DNA of 63,699 nucleotides, counting the filler, from Octopus bimaculoides (taxonomy: Eukaryota), in assembly GCF_001194135.2 (NCBI RefSeq). It is 7 parts of 7 records of this genome, joined end to end, with 100 filler letters (N's around TTAATTAATTAA, not from the genome) between each part and the next. Parts side by side here need not be neighbours in the genome. Positions count along the whole stretch, not along the records: positions 8,775 to 21,201 come from NC_068985.1; positions 21,302 to 36,895 come from NC_068991.1; 5 more parts are not named here. One strand, 5' to 3'. The notes beneath the pieces were generated by a model. The model ran no database searches, had not been told where the DNA came from, and worked only from the letters and a program-made list of their open reading frames with translations. Made by a program: the position numbers and the translations under genes. Below, piece by piece: positions 12,000-23,181 of the stretch; the stretch's first letter is position 1; each line of letters starts with the position of its first letter.

Positions 12000-12570
12000 T
12001 TCTTAGTATCTTAGTTCCCACCATACATTATATACAAATCATTAACTTCTGTTGTAATATTTTTAGTATAGTTTACAATAAATTCTTCTGTCTGAGGTAA
12101 ATTTTCTTTAATATTTAACTCGACTTTTCCATTCGTAGATTTGTTTCTTATTTTTTTCAATAAATGATCCATCACTTAGAAATTTTTCCTGATTCAATTA
12201 AATCAATCTTTGAAGCAAACATTAACCAATTTTTTCATAATTTTGAATATTGTTCAAAGAAATCATTGTAAATTTCAGTTGTTAATTGATTCTTAGATTA
12301 TGAAATCTAAATATAATTTCATCAATGGACATTTTGTTTCTAAAACCACGTTTTGCTTTGAAGTCGCTTTTCACCCGAGTAACTGTAGGCAGATACATCC
12401 AAAAGAGGAGATTCATTAGAGATCGTGAAAGAAAAGAAAATTCTTCCTTGTTCCTCCTTGTTTATACTTTAAACTTTATGAAATATAATTTTCATTGAAG
12501 ATCATTATAGCTTACTTGAGACATTGTGATAAAGAAGTAAAACAGCAAAATAGTGAAGACGGAGAGCTTT
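12000..12570 (-). mobile_element. Decayed 5' coding region of a Penelope-like element (tentative)
   Basis: Minus translation KENKEEFSFLSRSLMNLLFWMYLPTVTRVKSDFKAK resembles the PLE N-terminal FL.RC....L.P.F.R.K motif and lies just downstream of a hammerhead-like repeat on the same strand. Confidence 0.4.
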
Positions 12571-12783
12571 TTACAATTGAGAAATGGAATTAGTTTAATA
12601 ATCTTTATATTTCGGGTACAAAGGTCCATCATCTGGAGTAAACAATTAAGAAATGTTAATCTATTTAGATACCGACCGTCGGTACTGTAACGAATAACAC
12701 TTCTAATCTGTTTACCTCTGAAGATGGGTCTTTGTGCCTGAAATATATAAAATGTATTAAACTTATTCCTTTTCACATTGTAA
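12570..12783. repeat. Imperfect fold-back palindrome, ~105-bp arms, centre taccgac-c-gtcggta (12670-12684)
   Basis: The reverse complement of 12570-12673 aligns co-linearly with 12681-12783 (tgtttac..c.ga.gatgg..ctttgt.cc.gaaatata..attaaact.attcc.tttc.ca.ttgtaa). Confidence 0.9.
12718..12762 (+). ncRNA. Hammerhead-ribozyme-like motif (degenerate); mirrored copy on the minus strand at ~12592-12635
   Basis: CTGAAGA (12718-12724), 15 nt, GAAA (12740-12743), then an ATATAT/ATGTAT stem III; the minus copy is CAGATGA, 15 nt, GAAA. Stems I and II are imperfect. Confidence 0.45.
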
Positions 12784-12784
12784 G

Positions 12785-12845
12785 AAGGCGCAGGCGTAGC
12801 TATGTGGTGAGAAGTTTGCTTTCCACCCATACGGTTCCGAGTTTA
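12785..12845 (+). mobile_element. SINE family B tRNA-like head only
   Basis: aggcgcaggcgtagctatgtggtgagaagtttgctttcc...ggttccgagttt, A/B boxes, homologous to the heads at ~11990 and ~22350. Confidence 0.75.
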
Positions 12846-12855
12846 ATCAATAAGT

Positions 12856-13150
12856 GAAGGCGCATTGGTTAGAGCGTCGATCTTACGATCGTGAGGGTGT
12901 GAGTTCAAATCCCGGACCGGGCTGCGTGTTGTGTTCTTGAGCATGACACTTTATTTCATGTTGCTCCAGTTCACTCAGCTGTAGAAATGAGTTACAACGT
13001 CACCGGTGCCAAGCTGTATCGGCCTTTGCCTTTCCTTTGGCCGGTATGCATGGGCGACTGCTGGTCTTCCATAAACAACCTTGCCCGGACTTGTGCCTAG
13101 GTGGGTGACTTTCTAGGCGCAATCCCATGGTCAGTGATGAACGAAGGGGG
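12856..13150 (+). mobile_element. tRNA-derived SINE (family A-related, distinct 3' tail)
   Basis: gaaggcgcattggttagagcg (A box), gtgagttcaaatccc (B box), ttgtgttcttgagcatgacactttatttcatgttgctccagttcactcagc. Confidence 0.85.
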
Positions 13151-13159
13151 TCTCAGCAT

Positions 13160-13215
13160 ATATACAAGGTGGTTCCCCAGCTTGGCTGCAGTCTGATGAT
13201 TAGAAAAAGTAAAAG

Positions 13216-13296
<81 letters not shown>

Positions 13297-13411
13297 TCCG
13301 TAAAAGAGAAAGAATAAGTACCAGGCCTTAAGGAAAGTATTCATGTGACTAAAAATTCATCAAGGGAGTGCCCCAGCATGACCGCAGTCCAAAGACTGAA
13401 GCAAGTAAAAG
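13160..13411 (+). mobile_element. Two SINE family B 3'-tail remnants flanking a (CA)n tract
   Basis: ggttccccagcttggctgcagtc...gtaaaag at ~13170-13217 and gtgccccagcatgaccgcagtccaaagactgaagcaagtaaaag ending at 13411. Confidence 0.7.
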
Positions 13412-13640
13412 CCTGTGAAATGTGGACGTTGAAACTGTGGAACATGCTCAAACCTACTGGAAGGCTCAGAATTCTAATTCAAACAAGGAGAAAAGTTCAC
13501 AATTAAGACCAACTTTATTTGTGCATTCCAGGATATAATTTATGTTACAGCTTGTTCGAGTTGTGGACACAGCTATATAGGACAGACGAGTATAACAAAC
13601 GGAGAACCACACTACACAAGGAACTGAATATAACAGAAAT
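13412..13640 (+). mobile_element. Penelope-like element GIY-YIG endonuclease remnant with upstream Cys zinc-finger linker
   Basis: Frame from 13412: PVKCGR*NCGTCSNLLEGSEF*FKQGEKFTIKTNFICAFQDIIYVTACSSCGHSYIGQTS, i.e. C-x4-C-x2-C, IIY...C-x2-C..YIGQT. Confidence 0.8.
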
Positions 13641-13859
13641 AGGCTTATCTTTATGAACTTCTGTAGTTTATATAAGATAAGCGTATTTCTTTTATATTCG
13701 TTGCATTCGCCGTGTGCATTTTCATAATAAGAAATTTGTGGTTTTAGAGCGATAGCTCTGTTTATAGTAAGTGATATTTTAATACCGTACTAAATTTATT
13801 TATATTTTTATCTATACAGGTATTGATAATGGTAATAATAACTTATTTAATTTTATATG

Positions 13860-14070
13860 ATTGACCATGCTTTACCATGATTGGCCGCTAAATCCACAAG
13901 TTGTTTTTAATTCTTTCTCTGTTTATTTTATCGTGTTCCTTTCTGTTGAAGAGCGTAGGCCCGAAACGTAAGAGACTTTCTCATCTTCCTTAGTGTCAAA
14001 CTAATACACTTGCTTGTTGTTTATATACTTGTCTTCGTCTTTTGCTTTCTGTAAATTTCAACTATATATA
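13860..14070 (+). mobile_element. PLE 3' terminal repeat (pLTR-like) with hammerhead-like core
   Basis: Lies downstream of the GIY-YIG remnant; contains TTGAAGA-gcgtaggccc-GAAAC (13946-13967) and ends at a (TA)n tract. Confidence 0.55.
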
Positions 14071-14073
14071 CAT

Positions 14074-14187
<114 letters not shown>

Positions 14188-14849
14188 CTATGTACTAACT
14201 TTCTACGTTCACGGAGTGGCGCATAGGGGCGGGGAAGAAGAGAATCGAAATAGGGCGTAGAACAAAGACTGTTGTGAAACACTGGTTTATTTTCTTTTTT
14301 GCTTTTGTTATTTGTTTTTTGTTGTTTTTTTTTAAAAAGAGCATTTGATAATGTCGTAGGGCCACTATGATTGAAAATAAGCAACGAGACGAACGTGGCT
14401 TGACTGTGCCTGGTCAGAGAGTTTTGCATAATAATGGTCGACTTCAACAACAACAACAACAGCTACTACTACTACTACTACTACTACACACAAAAGCAAC
14501 AATGACAATAACTCGAAAATGTACAGCAAGGCCATCTTAAGTGAACGGAACGTGCTAGATGAGGAAATAGAAGTATGTGAAACTCTGATGTTGAAATATT
14601 CCGGAGACAAACTTCTTGTTAATGAAAGGTCTTTTTCCTGGACATGAAACTTGATTCATGGATTCAACTTGTTGGAAATTTGCCTCTCGTCTGCTCTTAA
14701 TCAAATATTTGTAATATTGATTCCTAACATTGGCGGGAGGCCATACATTTTTATGGGGAGGAAAAGATCAATTATATTGATCCCTGTACTCCACAACGGC
14801 GAGGACCGTCCTCGTTGTTATGATCCTCCTCATCTCCGCCAATACAACT

Positions 14850-14990
14850 GCCACTGTCATCATCACCATCGCCTGCACCAACACCAACACCGACACCAGC
14901 AGCAGCACCACCATCACCACCACCAAGACACCCATCACCACCAAGACACACACCACCACCAAGACACCCACCATCACCAAGACACCCACC
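14850..14990. repeat. CAC-rich minisatellite, ~18-bp unit (caccaccaagacaccc-type), running into a gap
   Basis: caccaagacac occurs four times at ~18-bp spacing from ~14921; the His/Thr-rich ORFs are by-products. Confidence 0.8.
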
Positions 14991-16352
14991 NNNNNNNNNN
15001 NNNNNNNNNNNNNNNNNNNNNNNNNNNNNNNNNNNNNNNNNNNNNNNNNNNNNNNNNNNNNNNNNNNNNNNNNNNNNNNNNNNNNNNNNNNNNNNNNNNN
15101 NNNNNNNNNNNNNNNNNNNNNNNNNNNNNNNNNNNNNNNNNNNNNNNNNNNNNNNNNNNNNNNNNNNNNNNNNNNNNNNNNNNNNNNNNNNNNNNNNNNN
15201 NNNNNNNNNNNNNNNNNNNNNNNNNNNNNNNNNNNNNNNNNNNNNNNNNNNNNNNNNNNNNNNNNNNNNNNNNNNNNNNNNNNNNNNNNNNNNNNNNNNN
15301 NNNNNNNNNNNNNNNNNNNNNNNNNNNNNNNNNNNNNNNNNNNNNNNNNNNNNNNNNNNNNNNNNNNNNNNNNNNNNNNNNNNNNNNNNNNNNNNNNNNN
15401 NNNNNNNNNNNNNNNNNNNNNNNNNNNNNNNNNNNNNNNNNNNNNNNNNNNNNNNNNNNNNNNNNNNNNNNNNNNNNNNNNNNNNNNNNNNNNNNNNNNN
15501 NNNNNNNNNNNNNNNNNNNNNNNNNNNNNNNNNNNNNNNNNNNNNNNNNNNNNNNNNNNNNNNNNNNNNNNNNNNNNNNNNNNNNNNNNNNNNNNNNNNN
15601 NNNNNNNNNNNNNNNNNNNNNNNNNNNNNNNNNNNNNNNNNNNNNNNNNNNNNNNNNNNNNNNNNNNNNNNNNNNNNNNNNNNNNNNNNNNNNNNNNNNN
15701 NNNNNNNNNNNNNNNNNNNNNNNNNNNNNNNNNNNNNNNNNNNNNNNNNNNNNNNNNNNNNNNNNNNNNNNNNNNNNNNNNNNNNNNNNNNNNNNNNNNN
15801 NNNNNNNNNNNNNNNNNNNNNNNNNNNNNNNNNNNNNNNNNNNNNNNNNNNNNNNNNNNNNNNNNNNNNNNNNNNNNNNNNNNNNNNNNNNNNNNNNNNN
15901 NNNNNNNNNNNNNNNNNNNNNNNNNNNNNNNNNNNNNNNNNNNNNNNNNNNNNNNNNNATCTAAAAGAGTTCCAACTCTGTCAGTTTTTTATGTTTTATT
16001 TATATTCTTGTAAAATTAATGTGGGATATAGAATATGGAATATATAATATATAATATAAAAATGGATGGTACAATGAAATGAAGTATTGAATGTCTTATT
16101 GAATATATGGAATATGTCTTATTGAATAGATGAAATATTGAGTGTTCAATATAAAGGATTAAATATATAAAGGCGAATACGTATTTTCAATACCTTTTGG
16201 TATTTCATCATGGCCGGTATCTGACAGACTGTAACACATAAGTAGTGCCTCGATTTTCGAACAACTCACGCAGAATCTCCCCGAGAACAACGTTATAGGT
16301 ACACATGTCTTGCACGTTAATTTCACGAGCAGGCTGCAAACTTGTCACGAAA

Positions 16353-16392
16353 GCTGTTACTCAGAGTTTCACGTTTCCATTCGTAGGGCAGT
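16353..16392 (-). ncRNA. Minimal type-I hammerhead-like motif with palindromic stem III (degenerate core)
   Basis: Minus strand: ctgc-CCTACGA-ATG(GAAA)CGT-GAA-ACTC(T)GAGT-A-acag. Stem II has a GNRA loop, the triplet is GUA, stem I is ctg/cag, and the core has 2 mismatches to CUGANGA. Confidence 0.45.
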
Positions 16393-16747
16393 TGTGATGA
16401 AAGCTATGTATATCATCTATCTGTATATATGTATATACATCTGCGGGACCTTCATATTATAGGAGTAGATGTTTTCAAGAACCAACCTGATCTCTTGTAA
16501 CCCAAGGTCCCAGATGAACCTAAATCATTGAAAGAAGCTCAAAAGAGGGCAGCCGTTTCGGACTCCCTCCCTCATCAAAAGCCAGTCGCATGAGAGTGGC
16601 CATTAAAAAGGCGATTACACTGATGGTGCACCAGCCTTGCCGCAGCCTTTGGGCTGAAACGTATAAAAGAATATAAATATACAATGAGCCTCTACATAGT
16701 CTCTGCGTGCCGCATTTTCTCTCAAAGCTTTGGTCAGCCCAGCGCTA

Positions 16748-17380
16748 TACTCTTTTACTCTTTTACTTGTTTCAGTCATTTGACTGCGGCCATGCTGGAG
16801 CACCGCCTTTAGTCGAGCAAATCGACCCCAGGACTTATTCTTTGGAAGCCTAGTACTTAGTCAATCGGTCTTTTTTGCCGAACCGCTAAGTGACGGGGAC
16901 ATAAACACACCAGCATCGGTTGTCAAGCAATGCTACGGAGGACACACAAACACACACACACACACACACACACANNNNNNNNNNNNNNNNNNNNNNNNNN
17001 NNNNNNNNNNNNNNNNNNNNNNNNNNNNNNNNNNNNNNNNNNNNNNNNNNNNNNNNNNNNNNNNNNNNNNNNNNNNNNNNNNNNNNNNNNNNNNNNNNNN
17101 NNNNNNNNNNNNNNNNNNNNNNNNNNNNNNNNNNNNNNNNNNNNNNNNNNNNNNNNNNNNNNNNNNNNNNNNNNNNNNNNNNNNNNNNNNNNNNNNNNNN
17201 NNNNNNNNNNNNNNNNNNNNNNNNNNNNNNNNNNNNNNNNNNNNNNNNNNNNNNNNNNNNNNNNNNNNNNNNNNNNNNNNNNNNNNNNNNNNNNNNNNNN
17301 NNNNNNNNNNNNNNNNNNNNNNNNNNNNNNNNNNNNNNNNNNNNNNNNNNNACCAAGCTACTTACCACACAGCCACTCCA
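16748..17380 (-). mobile_element. SINE family B, well-preserved ends, internal microsatellite expanded into a gap
   Basis: Tail ctcttttactcttttacttgtttcagtcatttgactgcggccatgctggagcaccgcc; (CA)n then N; head cttaccacacagccactcc at 17360-17380. A second tRNA-like head follows at ~17400-17481. Confidence 0.9.
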
Positions 17381-17819
17381 GCACCTTAGTAGAAAAAATT
17401 TGCATATGTTACCGTACAGTGGGATTGAACTCGAAACCACGTGGTTGCAAGGCGATCCACTTAACCACATAGCCAACCTCGCATTAGTTTTTAAAGTTAT
17501 TCTAACAGAAAATAAAACGAAAAATAAAACAAAAAAAAAACAGAAAAAAAAGGAGCGAAGAGAAGATAAATACCCGTCTTCCCTGGATTTTTCTTTGTGT
17601 ATTAAAATCCACGGCGACATCTGGTGGCCGTTTTAATTCGTCTAATTGAAGTATTTCTTTTTAACACGTTCGCTTTACTCTCTCATCTCTCCCTTTCTCT
17701 TCTCATTACTCTCCTTCTAACCCTCTTTCTTCCCCCCTTTTTTTCCCGATCCTTATTTAACACATGCGCTTAATGAGACATCCACAAAAGAAAGGGGCGA
17801 TAGGGGCATTAGATATGTA

Positions 17820-18560
17820 TGTGTGTATGTATGTGTATGTATGTGTATCTCTGTGTATTTTTGTATGTGGCTGTCTGAGTGTGTGCCTGTCTATTGCTGT
17901 ATGAGTATTTTCATGTACATATGTGTATATGTGTATGTATGTGTGTATATGTATATGTGCATATGTGTGTATATATGTGTATTTGTGTATATATGTGTGT
18001 ATATATGAGTGTATATATGTTTGTATATATGTGTATATGTGTGTGTATGTGCGTATATGTATATGTGCATATGTGTGTATATATGTGTATTTGTGTATAT
18101 ATGTGTGTATATATGAGTGTATATATGTTTGTATATATATGTATATGTGTGTGTATGTGTGTATATGTATATGTGCATATGTGTGTATATATGTGTATTT
18201 GTGTATATATGTGTGTATATATGAGTGTATATATGTTTGTATATATGTGTATATGTGTGTGTATGTGCGTATATGTATATGTGCATATGTGTGTATATAT
18301 GTGTATTTTTGTATATATGTCTGTATATATGTGTGTATATATGTGTGTATATATATGTGTGTATATATGTGTATAAGTGTGTGTATGTGTGTATATGTAT
18401 ACGTGCATATGTGTGAATATATGTGTATTTGTGTATATATGTGTGTATATATGTGTGTATATATGTGTGTATATATGTGTGTATATATGTGTGCATATAT
18501 GTGCGTATATATGTGTGTATATATGTGTATATGTGTATATATGTGTATATATGTATGTGT
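17820..18560. repeat. Higher-order 108-bp minisatellite built from (TA/TG) microsatellite
   Basis: Landmark gtgcatatg at 17957, 18065, 18173 and 18281 (period 108), then 18403. Confidence 0.85.
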
Positions 18561-18779
18561 GGATATGTGTAAATTTGTATATGTGTGCATATATGTGTAC
18601 AAGTATATGTGCATATGTGTATATATGTATATCCTTGCATGTGTGTATATGTGTATTTATATGTGCGTGTATGTAAGTGCATGTTTGTATGTGTGCACAT
18701 GCCTGTTTGTTTGTGCGTGTGCGTGTATACCTGAATATGCGTATCTGGGGGCGTGTGTATGTTGGTGAAATTGTGTATG

Positions 18780-19140
18780 TGTCAATGATTGTGTATTTGT
18801 GTGTGTTTGAGGGTGTGCATGCGTGTGTGTGTGTGTGTAAATGTGTATATGTATGTGTTTGAGAGTGTGTCTCTGTGTATGTGCGAGCGTGTGCGTGTGT
18901 GCGTTTGTGCATGTGTGTGTATGTAAAAGTGTATATGTATGCGTTTGAGTGTGTGTGCGTGTGTGTGTGTGTAAATGTGTATACGTATGTGTTTGAGAGT
19001 GTGTCTGTGTGTACGTGAACGTGTGTATGTGCGTTTGTGCATGTGTGTGTATGTAAAGTGTATATGTATTGCGTTTGAGTGTATGTGTGTGTGTGTAAAT
19101 GTGTATATGTATGCGCTTGAGAGTGTGTCTGTGCGCGTGC
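18780..19140. repeat. Second TG-rich higher-order repeat, ~125-135-bp unit, ~3 copies
   Basis: gtaaatgtgtata.gtatg.g..tgagagtgtgtct at ~18837, ~18971 and ~19095. Confidence 0.75.
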
Positions 19141-20387
19141 GCGCATGTTTGATAGTATGCATGTGTGTGTGTTTATGTTTGTGTTGTGTGGCTGCATGTG
19201 TGGGTATTTGTATACGCGGGTGCGTATGTTGGAGTACGTGTGTGGGTGGCTTGCCTCAGGTAAGACCCGATATATGGTGTCATGGGGTGCAATTCTCAAG
19301 GGATGAAGCGGAATGCCGGGTGTGGTGTGGGGTGGAGTGGTGGAACAGGGTGGATGAGTGGATGGGTGGATGTTGGCTGTGAGGTGACGAGGATGGTTTT
19401 TAATTTGCCTAATTTCTCTTTTTTTTCACGAAACCATCATTAGAACCTCTTNNNNNNNNNNNNNNNNNNNNNNNNNNNNNNNNNNNNNNNNNNNNNNNNN
19501 NNNNNNNNNNNNNNNNNNNNNNNNNNNNNNNNNNNNNNNNNNNNNNNNNNNNNNNNNNNNNNNNNNNNNNNNNNNNNNNNNNNNNNNNNNNNNNNNNNNN
19601 NNNNNNNNNNNNNNNNNNNNNNNNNNNNNNNNNNNNNNNNNNNNNNNNNNNNNNNNNNNNNNNNNNNNNNNNNNNNNNNNNNNNNNNNNNNNNNNNNNNN
19701 NNNNNNNNNNNNNNNNNNNNNNNNNNNNNNNNNNNNNNNNNNNNNNNNNNNNNNNNNNNNNNNNNNNNNNNNNNNNNNNNNNNNNNNNNNNNNNNNNNNN
19801 NNNNNNNNNNNNNNNNNNNNNNNNNNNNNNNNNNNNNNNNNNNNNNNNNNNNNNNNNNNNNNNNNNNNNNNNNNNNNNNNNNNNNNNNNNNNNNNNNNNN
19901 NNNNNNNNNNNNNNNNNNNNNNNNNNNNNNNNNNNNNNNNNNNNNNNNNNNNNNNNNNNNNNNNNNNNNNNNNNNNNNNNNNNNNNNNNNNNNNNNNNNN
20001 NNNNNNNNNNNNNNNNNNNNNNNNNNNNNNNNNNNNNNNNNNNNNNNNNNNNNNNNNNNNNNNNNNNNNNNNNNNNNNNNNNNNNNNNNNNNNNNNNNNN
20101 NNNNNNNNNNNNNNNNNNNNNNNNNNNNNNNNNNNNNNNNNNNNNNNNNNNNNNNNNNNNNNNNNNNNNNNNNNNNNNNNNNNNNNNNNNNNNNNNNNNN
20201 NNNNNNNNNNNNNNNNNNNNNNNNNNNNNNNNNNNNNNNNNNNNNNNNNNNNNNNNNNNNNNNNNNNNNNNNNNNNNNNNNNNNNNNNNNNNNNNNNNNN
20301 NNNNNNNNNNNNNNNNNNNNNNNNNNNNNNNNNNNNNNNNNNNNNNNNNNNNNNNNNNNNNNNNNNNNNNNNNNNNNNNNNNNNNNA

Positions 20388-20610
20388 TCATCACCACTAC
20401 CACCACCACCACCACCACCACCACCACCGACATCACAACCACTACCATCACCACCACCGCTACCACGACCACAACCACCACCACCAGCATCATTACATCA
20501 TAACCACTACCACAACCATCATTACACCATACCACCACCACCACTTCTACTACCGCTTCACCCACCATTGTCTCCAACACTAATGCCGCCAGCAGCAAAC
20601 ACAACGTCAT
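20388..20610. repeat. Imperfect (CAC/CAT/TAC)n trinucleotide tract
   Basis: Direct reading of the sequence; it produces a spurious poly-V ORF. Confidence 0.85.
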
Positions 20611-20884
20611 CTACAACATATCTCCACCACCCCGCTCTCTGCCGCAACGCTGGGGGTGAGCCATGACGTAATACCTGCTAATGAGGCAAACACCTTGAGG
20701 TGATAACAATGATGGAGCGTGAGGAAAATGTTAGGGAGGTGTATGGTCATTGATGTGGGTATAGGAGAGGATGCCTGGAAGGTATGCTGATGGTATTTTG
20801 ATGGTAAGACTGTGGTTTTCGGCTTAGGTGAGGTAATCGATTGGGGTATGTACCAGGTAACCAGTTATTTCAAATGATTAATTT

Positions 20885-21201
20885 TATTATTATTATTATT
20901 ATTATTCAGTAGTTTTATTTTTATAACGTGCTTTCACTTCACTACCGAGCGCAGCTCTGTGCGCCTTGGGTATGTGCTGTGGTTTGCTGTGGTGCTCTTA
21001 TGTTTACTGTATTGAAAGTGTTTTGCGTAGAATGTGTGCAGTACCCAGTAGTGCAATTTTCTGTATGTTATATATATTTGTAAGTCCTGGTGTTTTTGTT
21101 ATGTATTTGTCTGAATATTTTTTTATTATACCTAAGGCACCTACTATGATAGGAATTGTTTCTGTTTTTAGATTCCACATTCGAGTTATCTCTATTTCCA
21201 G
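20885..21201 (-). mobile_element. R4/Dong-clade LINE 3' end (REL endonuclease C-terminus, 3' UTR, (TAA)n tail)
   Basis: Minus translation LEIEITRMWNLKTETIPIIVGALGIIKK...IQKIALLGTAHILRKTL; ends in (aat)n at 20885-20906. Confidence 0.85.
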
Positions 21202-21957
21202 NNNNNNNNNNNNNNNNNNNNNNNNNNNNNNNNNNNNNNNNNNNNTTAATTAATTAANNNNNNNNNNNNNNNNNNNNNNNNNNNNNNNNNNNNNNNNNNN
21301 NCTCCCCCTCTCTCTGCCTTTCTTTAATCTCACCATCAGAACATCACCCCTCTGCTAAATTTATATTCCTAATTCTCCTCTGTATCACTACCTTCAACTA
21401 AGTTTTTTAACCATGTAATAAATATTACGTTCCTCCTACCACATGTCATGGACACTTCTCTCTCCGTCTTTTCTCTCTCCCTCTTTTTCTTTCTCTCTCT
21501 TTCTGACTCACTCTTCGCCTTATCCTCTTTTTCTCTCTCCCCATTTTCTTTCTCCCTCTTTTACTCTAATCACGTGAAAGCGTTACGGACGAGCTAAGTA
21601 ACGTTATGACAAGCAGAATAATTCTAAGATGGTGAGCGCAGTCAAAAGAGACTACTTCATACTAAATATATTCAGCGAATATGTATTCCAAGTCATGCTT
21701 AACGATTGTACATTCGCTAATACTTTAAGTTTCGCGATGAGAGCGATCTTTATGAATGTAGTGGGAAGAGTGAGCACGCGAGTGTGTCTCTGTGTTCCTG
21801 TGACTGTGTGCCTGAACCATACAAATATGTATGCAAATATACATGTATGTGTGTGTTTGTGTGTGTGTGTGCGCGCGCGCGCGTGGTTGGGTGTGTACAT
21901 GTGTATATATGTAATTTCACTCCTTCTTTCACCCCCTCTCTCTTTTGACATATCTTT

Positions 21958-22362
21958 TATTTTTTACTTGTTTCAGAGTGGTGCCATGCTGGGGAATTTT
22001 TGAAGAATTTTTAGTCAAATATATCAACCCCAATACTTATATTTTTTAAAGCCTTATACTTATCGTATTGATGTCTTTCGCCGAACCGCTAGGCTACAGA
22101 GACGTAAATACACCAATAACAGTTATCAAGCGGTGGTGGGGGACAAACACAGACACAAATACACACACATCCACAAACACACAAACATATATATACATAT
22201 ATAGGACGGGTTTCTTTCAGTTTCCGTCTACCAAATCCACTCACAAGGATTTGGTCGCCCCGAGGCTATAGTAGAAGACACTTGCCCAATGTGCCACGCA
22301 GTGGGACTGAAACCGGAACCATATGGCTCGTAAGCAAGCTACTTACCACATGCCCACTCCTA
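21958..22362 (-). mobile_element. SINE family B, complete copy with short internal (CA/TA) tract
   Basis: Tail ttttacttgtttcag..gccatgctgg; body gccgaaccgctagg..aagcggtggtggggg..gacgggtttctttcagtttccgtctaccaaatccactcacaagg; head gccacgcagtgggactgaaaccggaaccat..cttaccaca. Confidence 0.9.
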
Positions 22363-23093
22363 TATATATATATATATATNNNNNNNNNNNNNNNNNNNNN
22401 NNNNNNNNNNNNNNNNNNNNNNNNNNNNNNNNNNNNNNNNNNNNNNNNNNNNNNNNNNNNNNNNNNNNNNNNNNNNNNNNNNNNNNNNNNNNNNNNNNNN
22501 NNNNNNNNNNNNNNNNNNNNNNNNNNNNNNNNNNNNNNNNNNNNNNNNNNNNNNNNNNNNNNNNNNNNNNNNNNNNNNNNNNNNNNNNNNNNNNNNNNNN
22601 NNNNNNNNNNNNNNNNNNNNNNNNNNNNNNNNNNNNNNNNNNNNNNNNNNNNNNNNNNNNNNNNNNNNNNNNNNNNNNNNNNNNNNNNNNNNNNNNNNNN
22701 NNNNNNNNNNNNNNNNNNNNNNNNNNNNNNNNNNNNNNNNNNNNNNNNNNNNNNNNNNNNNNNNNNNNNNNNNNNNNNNNNNNNNNNNNNNNNNNNNNNN
22801 NNNNNNNNNNNNNNNNNNNNNNNNNNNNNNNNNNNNNNNNNNNNNNNNNNNNNNNNNNNNNNNNNNNNNNNNNNNNNNNNNNNNNNNNNNNNNNNNNNNN
22901 NNNNNNNNNNNNNNNNCATACATATATATTTATATTATATACATGTAACACACATACACACGCACACACACACTCACAGACACTCATTTATATCGTGTGT
23001 GTGTGTGTGTACAGATAACGTAGCGATCGATCAATTTGCACACACGTGCACGAGTACATCTGCTCCCTACCTATCCGTTTCTCTCCCCTCCTT

Positions 23094-23131
<38 letters not shown>

Positions 23132-23132
23132 A

Positions 23133-23181
<49 letters not shown>

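Noticed and set aside
12856-12930. tRNA-like A/B boxes as tRNA genes (also 2620-2696, 22290-22362, 55693-55760)
   Set aside because: No complete cloverleaf, and each continues into a shared SINE body.
14651-14990. His/Gln-rich ORF (HHHQDT repeats) suggesting a metal-binding protein
   Set aside because: A CAC-rich minisatellite running into a gap; other frames are equally open.
17757-19299. 285-462-aa His/Thr/Tyr/Ile-rich ORFs resembling repetitive structural proteins
   Set aside because: Open in several frames and on both strands of a TA/TG satellite; no unique domain or splice context.
19300-19390. GT-rich strand as a G-quadruplex
   Set aside because: Mostly GG runs within a degenerate (GTG/GGAT) repeat; the few longer G runs are widely spaced, giving no canonical G4.
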